This document shows positions 37,860 to 49,936 of a DNA stretch of 64,000 nucleotides, piece by piece. This stretch comes from Zootoca vivipara (taxonomy: Eukaryota). The position numbers were made by a program, and so were the translations under genes. Below the pieces are notes generated by a model. The model saw only the letters and a program-made list of their open reading frames with translations, was not told the origin of the DNA and did not search any database. Position 1 is the stretch's first letter. Every line of letters begins with the position of its first letter. Location of the stretch: positions 29,388,001 through 29,452,000 of the forward strand of contig NC_083286.1 of NCBI RefSeq assembly GCF_963506605.1, given 5' to 3'.

Positions 37860-38633
37860 CTGGGGAAGGTTAGCAAGATGTCTGTCACATCATCTGAATT
37901 TCCAGCTAAGTTTTTTTTAAATAAAAAATAAAAAAATTCTTGCTGGTCAAATAACGAACGGCTAGGTGAACTAAGCAAAGAACTCAGGGAGTTCAAAATG
38001 ATTTTAGAAATAACATGATATGACATAATTCTTGGACATAACTGTAATTTACTTTCATCTCATTTGCTACTTATTTTCCAAATGGGGAATGAATAATCCT
38101 TAACGCAGATTTGTGGTATCCTTTTCCAGAGACCCTTTCTCAAGGATCAGAAAAAAATATGAACTATGAGGAAGCACATTCAGTGGAAAATCCAGAAACC
38201 TTACAATTTAGATAAGAGAAAGTGACTTAGTCAAACTTAGGGTAGACCCACTGAAATCAATGGTGCTTAAAATACTGTAGCCATTATTTCAGTTGGCTGG
38301 CTTCAACCCAATGGTTTGTGTTCAAATCTTTTTTTAAAAAATTAAAAAATATATTTGAACATGCCAGTTGGTTGTTGTTTTTTATTTGCCATCCTGTCAC
38401 ATATCATAGCATAAAATTGCTCAAAGCAACCATCAGTTAAGGCAAATAAGAACTCCTTGTAGTTATGCAAAGGTGCCCTAAATTATGCATAAGTTTGTCA
38501 TTGCCCCCTGCCCAATGAGTTTTATAGAGCCTAACCTACTTTTTACATCACTGTTCACAGTGGAGACATACTAGCAATAGTGACTACTACTGAATAATAA
38601 AACCTAAGAAGGTAAAGCAGAGTAAAACTGTAC

Positions 38634-38704
38634 CTCTATCTTTTTCAAAACATCCACATTAGTTTTCGGTGTTACAGTTTGTGCTTTCTTCGGTTTTCCA
38701 CCTG
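38634..38704 (-). CDS. POLR3G: POLR3G coding exon 5 (NAGNAG acceptor; alternative start 38701)
   Basis: ttcttcag|CAG GTG GAA...; (A)GGKPKKAQTVTPKTNVDVLKKIE|gtacag; phase 1/0. Confidence 0.88.
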
Positions 38705-39335
38705 CTGAAGAAAAATCCTCTTACATCTATACTCTTAAACATAGTTATAACAAACCTTCCTCATTATGGAAGCGAAAAAGCTCCCTGTTTGCAAAGCAGG
38801 GAATCAGGAAAAATTTGCTCTACCAACAACCAAGTTCTCCTGTGGAAATCCTATGAGTAACTTCATTTGTGAGAAAAGTTTTACTCCAGCAGGTTGGTTT
38901 GAATAGTCATATTTTAGAAATAGGAAGAAGGTGTTAATGACACACACACACACACACAGACACACACATATCGAAGGGGAAAAATAACTCTGTAACTTAC
39001 TTGACAGTGGCAACCTTTGTCAAATGCTTGAAAATTTCAGGATTGCCAGATCAATCCCTTGCAAAACCAAAGGCCTAAGTTATTTTAAGGTTTTGATTGT
39101 GTGTGTTTTAAAGTACTCTTTTCTCTTTCCTATGATCCAACAACCAATCAGCCCTTTCTCATTAGAATTATACCACAAAGTGAATGAATGAATTTATTAT
39201 TACGGTCACAGACCAGTTCCTATAGCACAAAGTAAGGCATACTGAACAATATTATTCATTATTGCTCAACAGCCGAAGAAAATATTTTGACTCCTAAGAG
39301 GCATGTTACTTAATATTACTTAGTATGCATGTTAC

Positions 39336-39386
39336 CTTTCTCAGTCTTCTTCTTTGGTTTCAGCTCTCTTGGGAGTCTGCTCCAAT
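39336..39386 (-). CDS. POLR3G: POLR3G coding exon 4
   Basis: gaag|(D)WSRLPRELKPKKKTEK|gtaac; 51 nt; conserved DWxRLPRE motif. Confidence 0.92.
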
Positions 39387-40523
39387 CTTCACAAAAGATA
39401 CATTCAGGTTTTAGTTATTTTTAATAGTTTATGCTCCTTCATGTTAAAGGTATTTCTATGACCAAAGACATTTGATTCAGAACAGTAGCAAGACTTTCCC
39501 ATCCTGGTGCTTGCCTGTGGAGATCATGGGACTGTAGTCCAACAATTCAGGGGCGTAGCGGGGGGAAGGGCTTGTGGGGAATGGCCCCGGGCACATTTTT
39601 CTGGGGGATGCTGCTCATGGGATCATGCCAGCCCTGTGCCGCTTTGCAAGGCTGGGATCTGATTTGAATGATTTGCTGGGTGAATCATTTCAGATCAGAT
39701 CCCAACATCGTAAAGCAGTTCGAGGGTGGCAGGGTGGCGTGAGAAAAACGCAACTGCCATGCACCCTTCGATCCCAGCCTTGCAAAGGTGTCCCAGTTCC
39801 GGCTATCAATCTTCCTTTTGAATGTGGATAGTATCATTATTTGAGCACTGGCAATGCTGAGAAGGGGGGATGGCAGAAGTTTGACATGTGGGCTATTTAC
39901 TGAGAAATATGGCCTTCAGTATTTTGTACACAGCTCAAGATGCACATTTTGACTGAGAAGACCCGAAATGACTCAGGGAAGTCAACATATTCTAGACCAG
40001 GGATGAGGAAACTTGTGCCTCTCTGAATGGTGCTTAACAAAAACTTCCTTTATCCATGACCACTGCCCATGCTGACTGAGTCCCACAACATCTAGAGGGC
40101 CACAAGTTCACTAGCCCTGTTCTAGACAAACTCTGCCCCACCACAATTACAGGCCCTCCATCTTTCAAATAAGTGTGACAAAGGAATGTATGTATTGTGT
40201 TCCTGAGGGACCTCTGGGAAGCAGCCCTTTCTCTGGAAAGATGTGAAAATATGGCAATGAGTCTATCAGCTCTGAATGAGTGTTTGTGGTTGGTTGAAGT
40301 GGAAAGGAGTTCTAGGTGTAAATGCACCTTTTTTAAAAAAAAATACCACTCAGCTCTGGGTGAGATGTATTTATTTAGGTTTGCATTTTTAACTACAGTA
40401 GTTGAATGGCACAGAGGAACCTAAAACAAACAATGAACCAACCATGAAATGGGTTCTACATCTAAATACTGAAAATAATGGAAAATTCTATGAAAAAATA
40501 AACTGGAATTTACATTTCCTTAC

Positions 40524-40595
40524 CTGGGGTCCATTCTAGGTCCTTTTCATTCATCTGCAAGTATTTTTTGCTGTATCTTTCAACAGGTACAAAAC
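40524..40595 (-). CDS. POLR3G: POLR3G coding exon 3
   Basis: cttcag|(G)FVPVERYSKKYLQMNEKDLEWTP|gtaagg; contains the ERYS and W-x-P-DW motifs. Confidence 0.88.
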
Positions 40596-40780
40596 CTGAA
40601 GACAAAAACCTAGAGTTGTCAAATATATACAGTATACTATAAATTCAGACAAAGCCAATGCAGAACCACAATCTTTATTTAGTTAAAATGCACAAAGGAC
40701 TATTTTCAGAAATAAAACCCCTCTTCTGCTTTGCTCACGATAAAATATTTGTTCATTTATTTCTGTATAAGGGTTTCAAG

Positions 40781-40916
40781 CAGGCATCCCCAAACTGCGG
40801 CCCTCCAGATGTTTTGGCCCACAACTCCCATGATCCCTAGCTAACAGGACCAGTGATCGGGGAAGATGGGAAATGTAGTCCAAAACATCTGGAGGGCCGA
40901 AGTTTGGGGATGCCTG
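40781..40916. mobile_element. 136-bp palindromic hAT MITE (opposite orientation to 28292; no TSD)
   Basis: Same TIRs; the flanks gtttcaag and gcaaaacc do not match. Confidence 0.9.
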
Positions 40917-41164
40917 GCAAAACCTTGGGGATTTTATGGGGATAACCACCTTCGTTTGAAGGATTTGGATCACATCACAAACAGAACTAGAAAACTAGGA
41001 GATGGGTTAGAACATGTCCAGATCGTAGGGGTAGATTCAATGGCGCCTTAACACTGTTCTTCAAGAAATTACTGATTGCACCCTTGGTTACACAGGATTA
41101 ATTCTATCACGGCAAAATTTGCATGCGCAATACTTTCCAGGATAAAACAATATGACAAACTAAC

Positions 41165-41294
41165 CTTCACTTTCATTCTTTTTGGTCATAAAATAAGGCG
41201 TCCGTTTCATTGCCCCTCTGAGCTCTTGTTTTAAAGCCAAAAGGTAATCCTCATCCTCTCCCATTTTCAGTGGTATTGGTTTGTAATCTGTTGT
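41165..41294 (-). CDS. POLR3G: POLR3G coding exon 2
   Basis: cacag|TTDYKPIPLKMGEDEDYLLALKQELRGAMKRTPYFMTKKNESE|gttagt; 130 nt. Confidence 0.94.
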
Positions 41295-42129
41295 CTGTGA
41301 AAATCGCACATATTGTGTTGTATTTAATGTAGCTTTGTACTAGTGGAAAGCACTTTTGCTGGTGTAAGGTGAGACACACTCTTGCTCATCCAATCCCTGC
41401 TACATTCTACAGCCATTGCACCATATCCTGTCTTGTTCCAGAGGGGCTCCCAACTGCGAGAAAGCAATTTGGGGAGGGGGGGGGGGGCTGCAGTGCATCA
41501 CAGAGATTGGCAAGAATCAGCTGCCCCTCCTTGTGCAAGTGAAAGTGCCTTCCAACATCATTACTCCAATTGCAAAATAGAGTTTTAGGCCGTTCTCTCT
41601 GTCTCTGTCTCTCTTTAAAAAGAACTCACATAACCTTTTTTATTTCGTAGGAATCTTCATAAAATGTTTCTCCAGCAATGACAGGAGTACCGGAGGGTAC
41701 AGCACACAAAGTGCTGTGACATCTTTAATTACTGTCAAAGAACAGCAGCTAAAAACCCTGGGCACTTTTTATACCAGAAGTCCAAGTGCACGCTGGTTTG
41801 GTAATCTAACAGAAATAATTCAGCCAACATGGACACACAAATACGCCAGCACCTGGAGAGCCACTTCCATTCAGTGTGGACAGTACTGAACCAGATGGAC
41901 TAATGGCCTGACTCAGTATAAAGCAGCTTCCTGTGTTCCTATCTAACATCACCTTTACTAAGTTTAAGCCTAAAGGCCTGGCCTATTGTTTTCTAATATT
42001 AGTCTACCAGCAATAGGATTAACTACGGATTTGGCATTTTCTCACTCTTTTTATGTGGCAGGCAAGTGCAACACTTCACCCCAACGGCAACTTGTGGTTT
42101 GAAATTCTGGCCGCTTGCTAGATACTCAC

Positions 42130-42249
42130 AGGATATAGTGGAGAAGGCCCAAATACTGCTTCAGGTAGCGCTTCACCTTTAACAAAGCCAATTGCTGCAA
42201 TGTCAAAGGTCAAGGCAGCACGCCCTCTTCCTCGGCCTGACCTGGCCAT
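42130..42249 (-). CDS. POLR3G: POLR3G coding exon 1 (exon starts at 42258 with 9 nt of 5' UTR); full CDS 639 nt, 212 aa
   Basis: MARSGRGRGRAALTFDIAAIGFVKGEALPEAVFGPSPLYP|gtgagt. Position between LYSMD3 and MBLAC2 indicates POLR3G rather than POLR3GL. Confidence 0.93.
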
Positions 42250-43441
42250 ATCGAATTCCTGAAAAGAACACCTTGCATTTAATATTTATTCTTGTTCTGC
42301 AGAGTATACACAGAAAATATGAATTTTCTTTTTAAAAACAAATAGCCACCACAACAAGTAATTTGAAGAAACACATAATCCACTTTTGCTACTAATTATC
42401 ATGCCAGTCGTATTAAGGAAAAAATCACAAACCTGCAGTCGGTGGGGTTAATTAGGCCTCGCTATACAGCTGCCAGGGCCATTTGGCAAAGCCGCACCCA
42501 ACTGCCATATGGCAGCAGGTTAAGGACATGTAACGTGACCCAGTCCAAAGGAGGTTTGCAGGCACTGCTTATCAGCAAGAACCCTTGATACCCCAATGAA
42601 TCTTGGCAGGAACAGCAGTTTTCTTCCCCCGCCCAGTCATTTTTAGGAATGCAGCCCCTTCCCCCAGTGCAAGCCAGTGCCTCCCATTTCCATTGATGCA
42701 CATGGAGCAGAAACATCCGGCAAAATGGCCAATGGGGAAGCACGAAAGCAGGTTTCCTGCTAATGGCCCTCAAGGCAACAGGGTCCTTGCTGGGAAATGG
42801 GGCAGAGTTTTGCCCCTCACCAGCACTTTTGGGGAGTGCAACCTTTTCCAGGGTTGTAGCTGGTCTTCCTGCTGCGTGAAAAAAGACAGAAGAACCACAG
42901 GATAAACAGGCAACGGATTGGACAGTGTCAATGTGCATGCCCAGTAAGAGGCGAGTGAACGCAGCAGGGCTAAATGCCTACTGGGGAAGCACTTCATGTC
43001 CCATTGAACCAAACTGATTTTGCTTTAAATAAACATGCATGGAAACAATACAGTACACATGTACTCAGAAATAAATCCCACTATCCAGCAGGGCTTCATA
43101 CCTCCAGATGAGGTGTCACAGATAAAAAAAGGAGACTCTTGATGCTCCTTTCAGCCTCCCCACCTTATGCACCGATGAAACCTTATTTCTGCTTATTGTA
43201 TACTAAACTGATCACAAAGCCATCCTTAAGAATGCTTCATCTCACAATGTACCTAGAATATCTGCAATTCAGTTCAGCGACCTTTGCTGTTGGTGGTGGG
43301 GTAGAGAAACCACACCCTGGCTTTACAGGACCAGACACTGGAGCAGCCTTCCTCAGCCATAGGTTCTCCATAGGTTTCGCACTACAACTCCCCTCAATCC
43401 CAGCTAGGGCGAAGATGCAGTTGCCCCTTTCCCTTCCTTAA

Positions 43442-43578
43442 CTTCTACAATCGTAGAGTTGGAAAGGTCTCCTCGGGGTCATCTAGTCCAACCCCCAGCA
43501 AGGCAGGAATCTCTTGCCCAACAGCTGGAACCCAAGATCCTGAGATTATGCGTCTCACGCTCAACCGATTAAGCTACC
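43442..43578 (-). mobile_element. tRNA-Lys-derived SINE with CR1-type tail
   Basis: Minus strand tagcttaatcggttgagcgtgagacgcataatctcaggatcttgggttccagc resembles tRNA-Lys(CTT), followed by gggttggactagatgacc...ttccaactctacgatt. Confidence 0.8.
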
Positions 43579-43676
43579 TCACAAAACATTTTTTTTTATC
43601 ATAAGGGTGCCAGTGCATTACCAGGAACAGATAAAACAAAAATAAATAGGGGCAGCTGGAGCATATTAGGACTCAC

Positions 43677-44900
43677 TTCCCCAGGGTGCGCGCTTGGAAC
43701 TGCACGAAGCTTCCGCGAGCAAACGACCCTCTTTTGACTCTCACGAAATATTTAAGAGGGGAAAGCATTGGGAGAGCCGTGCCTCTTATTCAGCCGCACG
43801 TCAAGCACCACCATCGCATTGCATCTTAAAAGCCCAATGGCAACCGCCTTCTCGCAGCCTCACGCCTCTCCGCTCCAGCCCCGCCAGGCCGCTCCTCCTG
43901 CAGCCTCGCCTTGCCCAGCCCGCCATCTCCGACCCGCTTGCTCGCGTGCCCGGCGCCGCGCTACCGCAGTGGGCAGGGACGGGGCGGAGACCTCTCCCTT
44001 GCTCGCTCGCTCGCCCGAGCACGTCCCGCTCAGGCACCTCCGTCCCCGCCTCCTCCTCCTAGGGCTCCGCCCCAGCTCCGTGCTCGGCTCGCCGCGCGAG
44101 AGGCGCTACAAGCGGGCAGGCAAGCAGGTCGGTGCTGCGTCGGCGGCGATGTCGGCGCTGGAGTGGTTCGCGCACAAGTCCCTGGGCGGAGGCATCTACT
44201 GGATCCAGGAGCGCTTCTACGAGTCGGGCAACCGGGCCAACATCTGGCTGGTGCGCGGCTCGCAACGGGACGTGGTGATCGACACCGGCCTGGGGCTGCG
44301 CAGCCTCCCCGACTACCTGCGCTTGGCCGGGCTGCTGGGCGCCGACGGCGACGAGAAGGCACTTCTTCCTCCGGAGGGCGCCGCCGGGCGCCCCAGGCCG
44401 CTGCTGGCCGTGGCCACCCATGTGCACTTCGACCACGCCGGCGGGCTGCACCAGTTCGACGAGGTGGCCGTGCACAGCGCCGAGGCCCGAGCGCTGCGCC
44501 GCGGCGACAACTACGAGACCGTCACTTGGCTCTCGGACAGCGAGGTTGTGCGCCAGCCCACCCCGGGCTGGAGCGCCCGGCAGTTCCGCGTGCGGCCCGT
44601 GCAGCCCACGCTCGTCTTGCAGGAGGGTGAGTAAAGGAGCACGACGGGCGGCGATCTGCTGCCCAACGCCCGCCCGGGGGAACGCCAGGCTCCGGGGCCT
44701 CCTTGGAAGGACGGAGCTGGGCTCTACGACGTCGGGGTGGAGAAAGAAAGAAAAGAAAGAAAGAGCGCCTCTGGCCATGCACAGAGGGACTTTCTCTCAC
44801 ACCTCCAGGGAACCGTATGAGACTTGCGGGACTGCGGACGGGCCGGGCGGGAAGGTTTGAATTGCAGCAGCCTGACTCGGGCCTCGCCTCGGGTGTGCCA
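43677..44900. promoter_or_regulatory. CpG island: bidirectional POLR3G(-)/MBLAC2(+) promoter; candidate POLR3G non-coding exon 1 ends at 43677
   Basis: Head-to-head genes; minus-strand GGAA|gtgagt donor at 43676-43671; GC boxes (GGGGCGGAG at 43981, GCTCCGCCC near 44064). Confidence 0.8.
44149..44626 (+). CDS. MBLAC2: MBLAC2 coding exon 1 (metallo-beta-lactamase fold acyl-CoA thioesterase)
   Basis: [38 protein letters not shown]...VVIDTG...[10 protein letters not shown] (HxHxDH metal motif)...VLQE-G|gtgagt. Confidence 0.96.
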
Positions 44901-47900
44901 GCAGAATGGCACGGATTCCCCTCAACTTAGTTAGAAAGTTTCCCATTATTTGCAACGAAGGCAGTTGGAGTGGCAAATGTCTATGTGATATGAATTGCCT
45001 CAAGTGCCTCCACCTCTCGTGTATAGTTAGCAAATGTGCTTGTGTATGTCACGAATATTAACATTGTCCGTTACGTTCTATATGTAATAAATTGCTAATG
45101 TTACTGTAGGTGCTTCATATTCAGGGCTGGCGGTGGCTGTGTGTTTGGCGGTGTTGAAGAGAATGACAGGCGGGGGGGGGCGTAGGCTCCAGTATACAAG
45201 AGGATGTGTAAAGGGAAGGGTTTTTTTTATAAAAAAATGCCCTGGTCCTATGTATACAGAGAGAGCAGAATCAGGCCTGTTCCTTCTTTGGCTTCACCTA
45301 TCACGATGTGTAAAAGGGCAGTTCTGAGCTTTGAGAACTGAGATTTCTGGGATAAAGGTACCGGTAGGTACGTGCATAGCTTCACTTGATAGGCTTTGAG
45401 GTGCCTTAGGAAAGAAAACGTGTAGCAGGGGTATGGAACTGCTGGTAGGGTGGAGAAAGGAGTTGGAAAGGGAGTGGTTTTTGTTTTACATGGATTTTGT
45501 ATCCGTAGACACTTTTTCAAAAGCTTGATAAAATAGAAGCAAAAGGCTGTAGCCCACCCTTTCCCCTTTTATAGGGAGGGAAAGAGGATCTTATAATCCT
45601 GCTCTTCATTTTGTGCCCCCCACCCCACCCCCGGCTCTGAGTGTGTAATGTGGGGTGTGGTATCTTCTCCTTTAAGGTTTAAGTATCCATATATGCAGGA
45701 GTTGTGGGTATCTGGCAAAATCCACACAGGTTGATATATTTTAAAGGGCACACCAGCATGAATATGCACTGTGTCTGTGAATGTGAGAGTATGGGTGGAG
45801 ACATTACTAGTAGCTGCTGAAAAATACGTAGAAGCCTTAGGCATTTGTAGATGTTTTTGCTATCCATAATGAGTTTTGGAAAAAAAAAACAAATCCCCAG
45901 TAGCAGATGCAAGCTTAGCCAGCAGATATATGTAGCAATAAGAATCTACACTGGAGGTTATCACATCGGGGAGATGTGAGGAACTAAACCACAGCCTTAG
46001 TTTATTTATGGCATGCTTACTCTCAGCTGGTATACATCAGTCCATGTACAATTCTATTTTTATATAAAATATTACATTATATATACATATTGACCAAATC
46101 AGAACTCTACAATTCTATGATTCCTTTTAAGCACCATCCCAAAGTAACATTCTCTGATAATAATCTAACAGTCCTGTGCATCTTTACTCAGAAGTAAGTC
46201 CTACAGTACTTAGTAGGGCTTGTTTACTAATAAGTATGTTTAGGATTGCAGCCTAAGTCATTGCGATATACAATTTCATATCTTAACTGGAGTTCGATTT
46301 ATGTTCTTGTCTCTAGCTGTCCTATTAATTAGGTTGGTTTCCCCTCTCAAATGTACATGTTATATAACAGGGATGGGGAAGCCTCGTGACACAAGGCAAA
46401 TCAGATCTCCTTTCCATCTGTGTCTTTTTAAACCCCGCCCCTATCGCACCTATTTTAGACTGGCTTAGGGTAGGGAAATCTCAGGCCCAACAGTTGAATG
46501 TGGCTCTTCAGGACATATCAAGCTTTGACCTGGCTGGACCACATCCCTGAAGTGTCATAATGCTGTTTGCTTGGAGGGATGGAGGATGCAGAGATGTTTG
46601 AGGGGGCTGTAGAAAACTGGTTTTTGAACAGCTGGAATACAGCCTATTGTGAAAAGCTGTCTACGGTTGTAACAATTGTTTTTCTCAAAATTTATCTTCT
46701 GTACCATGAAAATAAATAAAAACAGAAAAAAATGTGTGCCCCCCCGTTGCTCTGCCTGCTTTTACCTCCATCCCCAACTACCAATGTTGCCCATTGGGGT
46801 GTGTGGCGATTGGCTTGGAAAAACGGTTTCCCATCCAGACTCTTTGCTTGTTTTTAGAGCCAATTCTGAAGCAAAAGGACAGAGCTTGCTTTGGCTTGAG
46901 TGCAGACACCAAAACTAAGATTTGAGGAGCCCCCTGCCCCTCCCTTCCCCTGTTAAACAAGTATTGGGTGAAGACAGCGCAAGAACAAAGAGTGTTACTT
47001 GGCTTCCAGTCTCCTCACAAATTTTATATAGAAATTTATGAAGCTGCCTTTCTGCAGTTTGGGCTGTTGGGCCACCTAGCTCAGTATTATCACAGTTTTT
47101 GTGTTTGCACATAATACTAAGCCATGGTTTGTTCAGCAAACAACAAGTTGTCTCACAGATAAGCAAGAAAACCACCGTTTCCCCCCCCCCCACACCAAAT
47201 TATGGTTTGTTTGTTGCCAGCAAACAATGGTTCGTCTGCTGAGTTGGACTTTCAGATAAGCCATACTTAGGCTAAATAAATCATAGTAAGGGCAGGGAAC
47301 TAATAAAGGTCCACAGGCCAAATTTGGCTCACCCTGCCTCCCTATTTGGCCAGTGAGGCTGTTATTCCGATACCACACCCAACCGCCACACACCTGACAT
47401 CATATGTGACATCAGGTGTGGGGCATATAGAGACAGGGCCTGTCTTCCCTGTAACTATCATGGTGACTATTCCCCCCTACCCTTGTAGGCCAAGTTTGAT
47501 AACTAGGCAGGGTGACCAACCTATTGATCAGCTGATATTATGACATCTGATGATTGATAGGTGGGTGGTACTGACCACCTATCAAGAATTGGCCCATGGG
47601 CTGGAAAGAAGATAAAGATCTGACCCACTGGGCTTAAAAGGGGTTCTCATCCCTGGCTTGATGCTGTGTATGAACCAGGCTACTTACTGACTAGAAGCAA
47701 ATCACTGGTTTTAGATGGGTCTTTCCCAGCCCTTCCTGGAGATGCCAGCAATTGAACATGAGGTCTTTTGCATGCAAAGGATGTGCTGCACTATTGCCCT
47801 ATAGCCATTTTCCCCAAAGGTGAGGCTGGGATGCCAGGAATAAATAAGGTATTTGTGTCTGTCTTAAGTTATATTTAATAGTTTATTTGCAATGTTCGAA

Positions 47901-49696
47901 TGTACATATTGTCCATGCTTAGTAAGTTCTCACTAACAGTATATCTACATGTGGGCATCTAGGTGTATACAGTGTCACATTAACGGTTCTGCTAACCATT
48001 CTTGCCAATTACGGTAAATGCAAAATGCAAAGTGTTTGGGAGAACATTAAAGTAAGCTATTGGTTATCAGTTGTAACATTTTCATTATTGAATCCTGATT
48101 TGTCTTCAGGGTCCTTAAGAAGGGGTGACTAAAAGAAACAAACGTATTACTTTCTGATCAAGCTAGATGAAATTGGATTCTGAGTATAATGTTCTCTCAT
48201 GGGGAGGTGACGTTTTGGAGGTGATAAGCCTGCCAGTTTGCCTCTTTGCTTACAGGAAAAACACAGCTAAGGTCCAAGAAGACCATTTGATTAAGATGCC
48301 AGAGTGAGATATGAGATCATAATCCCATGCACTCACATTTCCAGATGGAGCACACAGTTTCTGTTAGTGTCAGATCCTGGAAAACCTCTCTGAAATATAT
48401 TTCCTGGGATCAGAAGTTTAGTATGCAATCATAAGATCACATTATTCGAAGTAAACATTACTGAAATAGTGAATGTACATATTGTTGCTAGCTCTCACAC
48501 AGAAAGGCTTACAATGGTGAAAGCTCACATTGGCCTATTTTACACAGACGAACCCAGATTTATAAACCCATGTATTATAAAGTTAGAAACAGGCATGTTC
48601 TTTCCTTGCTGTTCCCATCATGCACAGGCATCAGCTCAGAGATCCAGGTTAGTTTTAGAACAGAGTTCCCTGATGTATTTGAAACAGGAAACTTTGGCTT
48701 AATGTTGGGTGACTAACCAGGATGTTAAACCAGAACCAGGTCAGGTCCCAGCTTAATATCCTGGTTAACTTCCATTTTGGAAACAGTGGGGAAATCTGGA
48801 ATACAACAAAGATCTCTGGACTAAATAAATCTGGTATGTAAGGAGGTAAAGAGCAAGGGAAAAGTGCATGGTTCCAGATCACAGTGCCTGTAGGTTTGCA
48901 GCCTTTGCTTAGACAAAAAGATGTCTTCTGAGATGACTTGAGCACAAATAGCTACTGGAAATAGTCTGAAATTAATTTCAAGCAACTAAAAGTATTACTG
49001 CATCAGAAGTTAAAGTGTTTGTTTATATATTTAAAAAATACATGGTTACTATGAGATTTCCTGTCAGCAATTTTGATTGCCTAGATTTGCAAAATTAAAC
49101 AGATTTGAAATCTAATGGGATTTATGAAATGTAGCAACCCAGCTTTATGCACTTTATCCCTTAACTCCTTATCCTCTGGTTCATCCCATATCAATTATCA
49201 TTGATACTGGGAAAAGAGAAGAATATAAATAATTCTAATGTGTTTATTGCCGAGAAAATCCAGCCAGTGATACCAGCCAGTAAAAATTCATTATAGTGAT
49301 AAACGTTTCAGAATAATCTAATTTTTTATTTATTTAATCACTGGCAAAAACAAGTGTTGCCATATGGCCTGGTTACTTGGGATTTGCCCAGATTCTGGGC
49401 ATGCCATCCAGTGTTTGGGGCCATTAAGTTGGTGCAGCAGATCCCCAGCATTTCCCCTGATCTGTAGAGACACTATTCTGCTGAATTGCTTGATTAGAAC
49501 TCACTTGAACCTTCTGTTGCTCTAGCCAGAGGCAAATTTCAGCTTTGATAGTGTTCCACTTTGTCTCCTTTGCATGTATGACCAAGAAGACACATACATG
49601 TACAGGTACACGTCTACCCACCCCGTTGGAATAATAAGAGCTGGGAATGGAAGCTTCTCCCAGTGTCAGTATTCTGATATTTGTTTGTTGATTGTA

Positions 49697-49936
49697 CAGT
49701 GAAACCTCGGTTTACAACTACCTCTGTTTATGAACACCTCCGTTTATGAACGCCATGAACCCGGAAGTGTTTACATCCAGGTTCCGCGGCGTCGGATGCG
49801 TAGATCACGCAAAGAGATCTGCGCAGTGCATGAGCACAAGTGCTCTTATTGGCGCTTTGCGCACGCGCAAAAGCGTGTCTTCGGGGAGCGAATGCCTCCG
49901 TGGAACGGATTGCGTTCGTAAACCGAGGTTCCACTG
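49697..49936. mobile_element. Tigger/pogo-like MITE with CpG-rich interior
   Basis: TIRs CAGTGAAACCTCGGTTTAC...GTAAACCGAGGTTCCACTG, TA-flanked. Confidence 0.87.

Noticed and set aside
37310-37920. 187-aa and 143-aa plus-strand ORFs
   Set aside because: Antisense to the acidic POLR3G exon and crossing a MITE remnant; the Ser/Pro/Leu runs mirror Glu codons.
41117-41124. Octamer ATTTGCAT in a POLR3G intron (POLR3G is reported as OCT4-regulated in human ES cells)
   Set aside because: A single 8-mer is expected by chance in AT-rich 64 kb; no other support.
43520-43578. tRNA-Lys-like sequence as a real tRNA gene (likewise 21063 and 60150-60212)
   Set aside because: Anticodon loop, T-arm and acceptor stem are disrupted and each is fused to a SINE body or LINE-type tail.
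43911-44860. 239-aa ORFs on both strands overlapping MBLAC2 exon 1
   Set aside because: Shadow frames of a GC3-rich coding exon.
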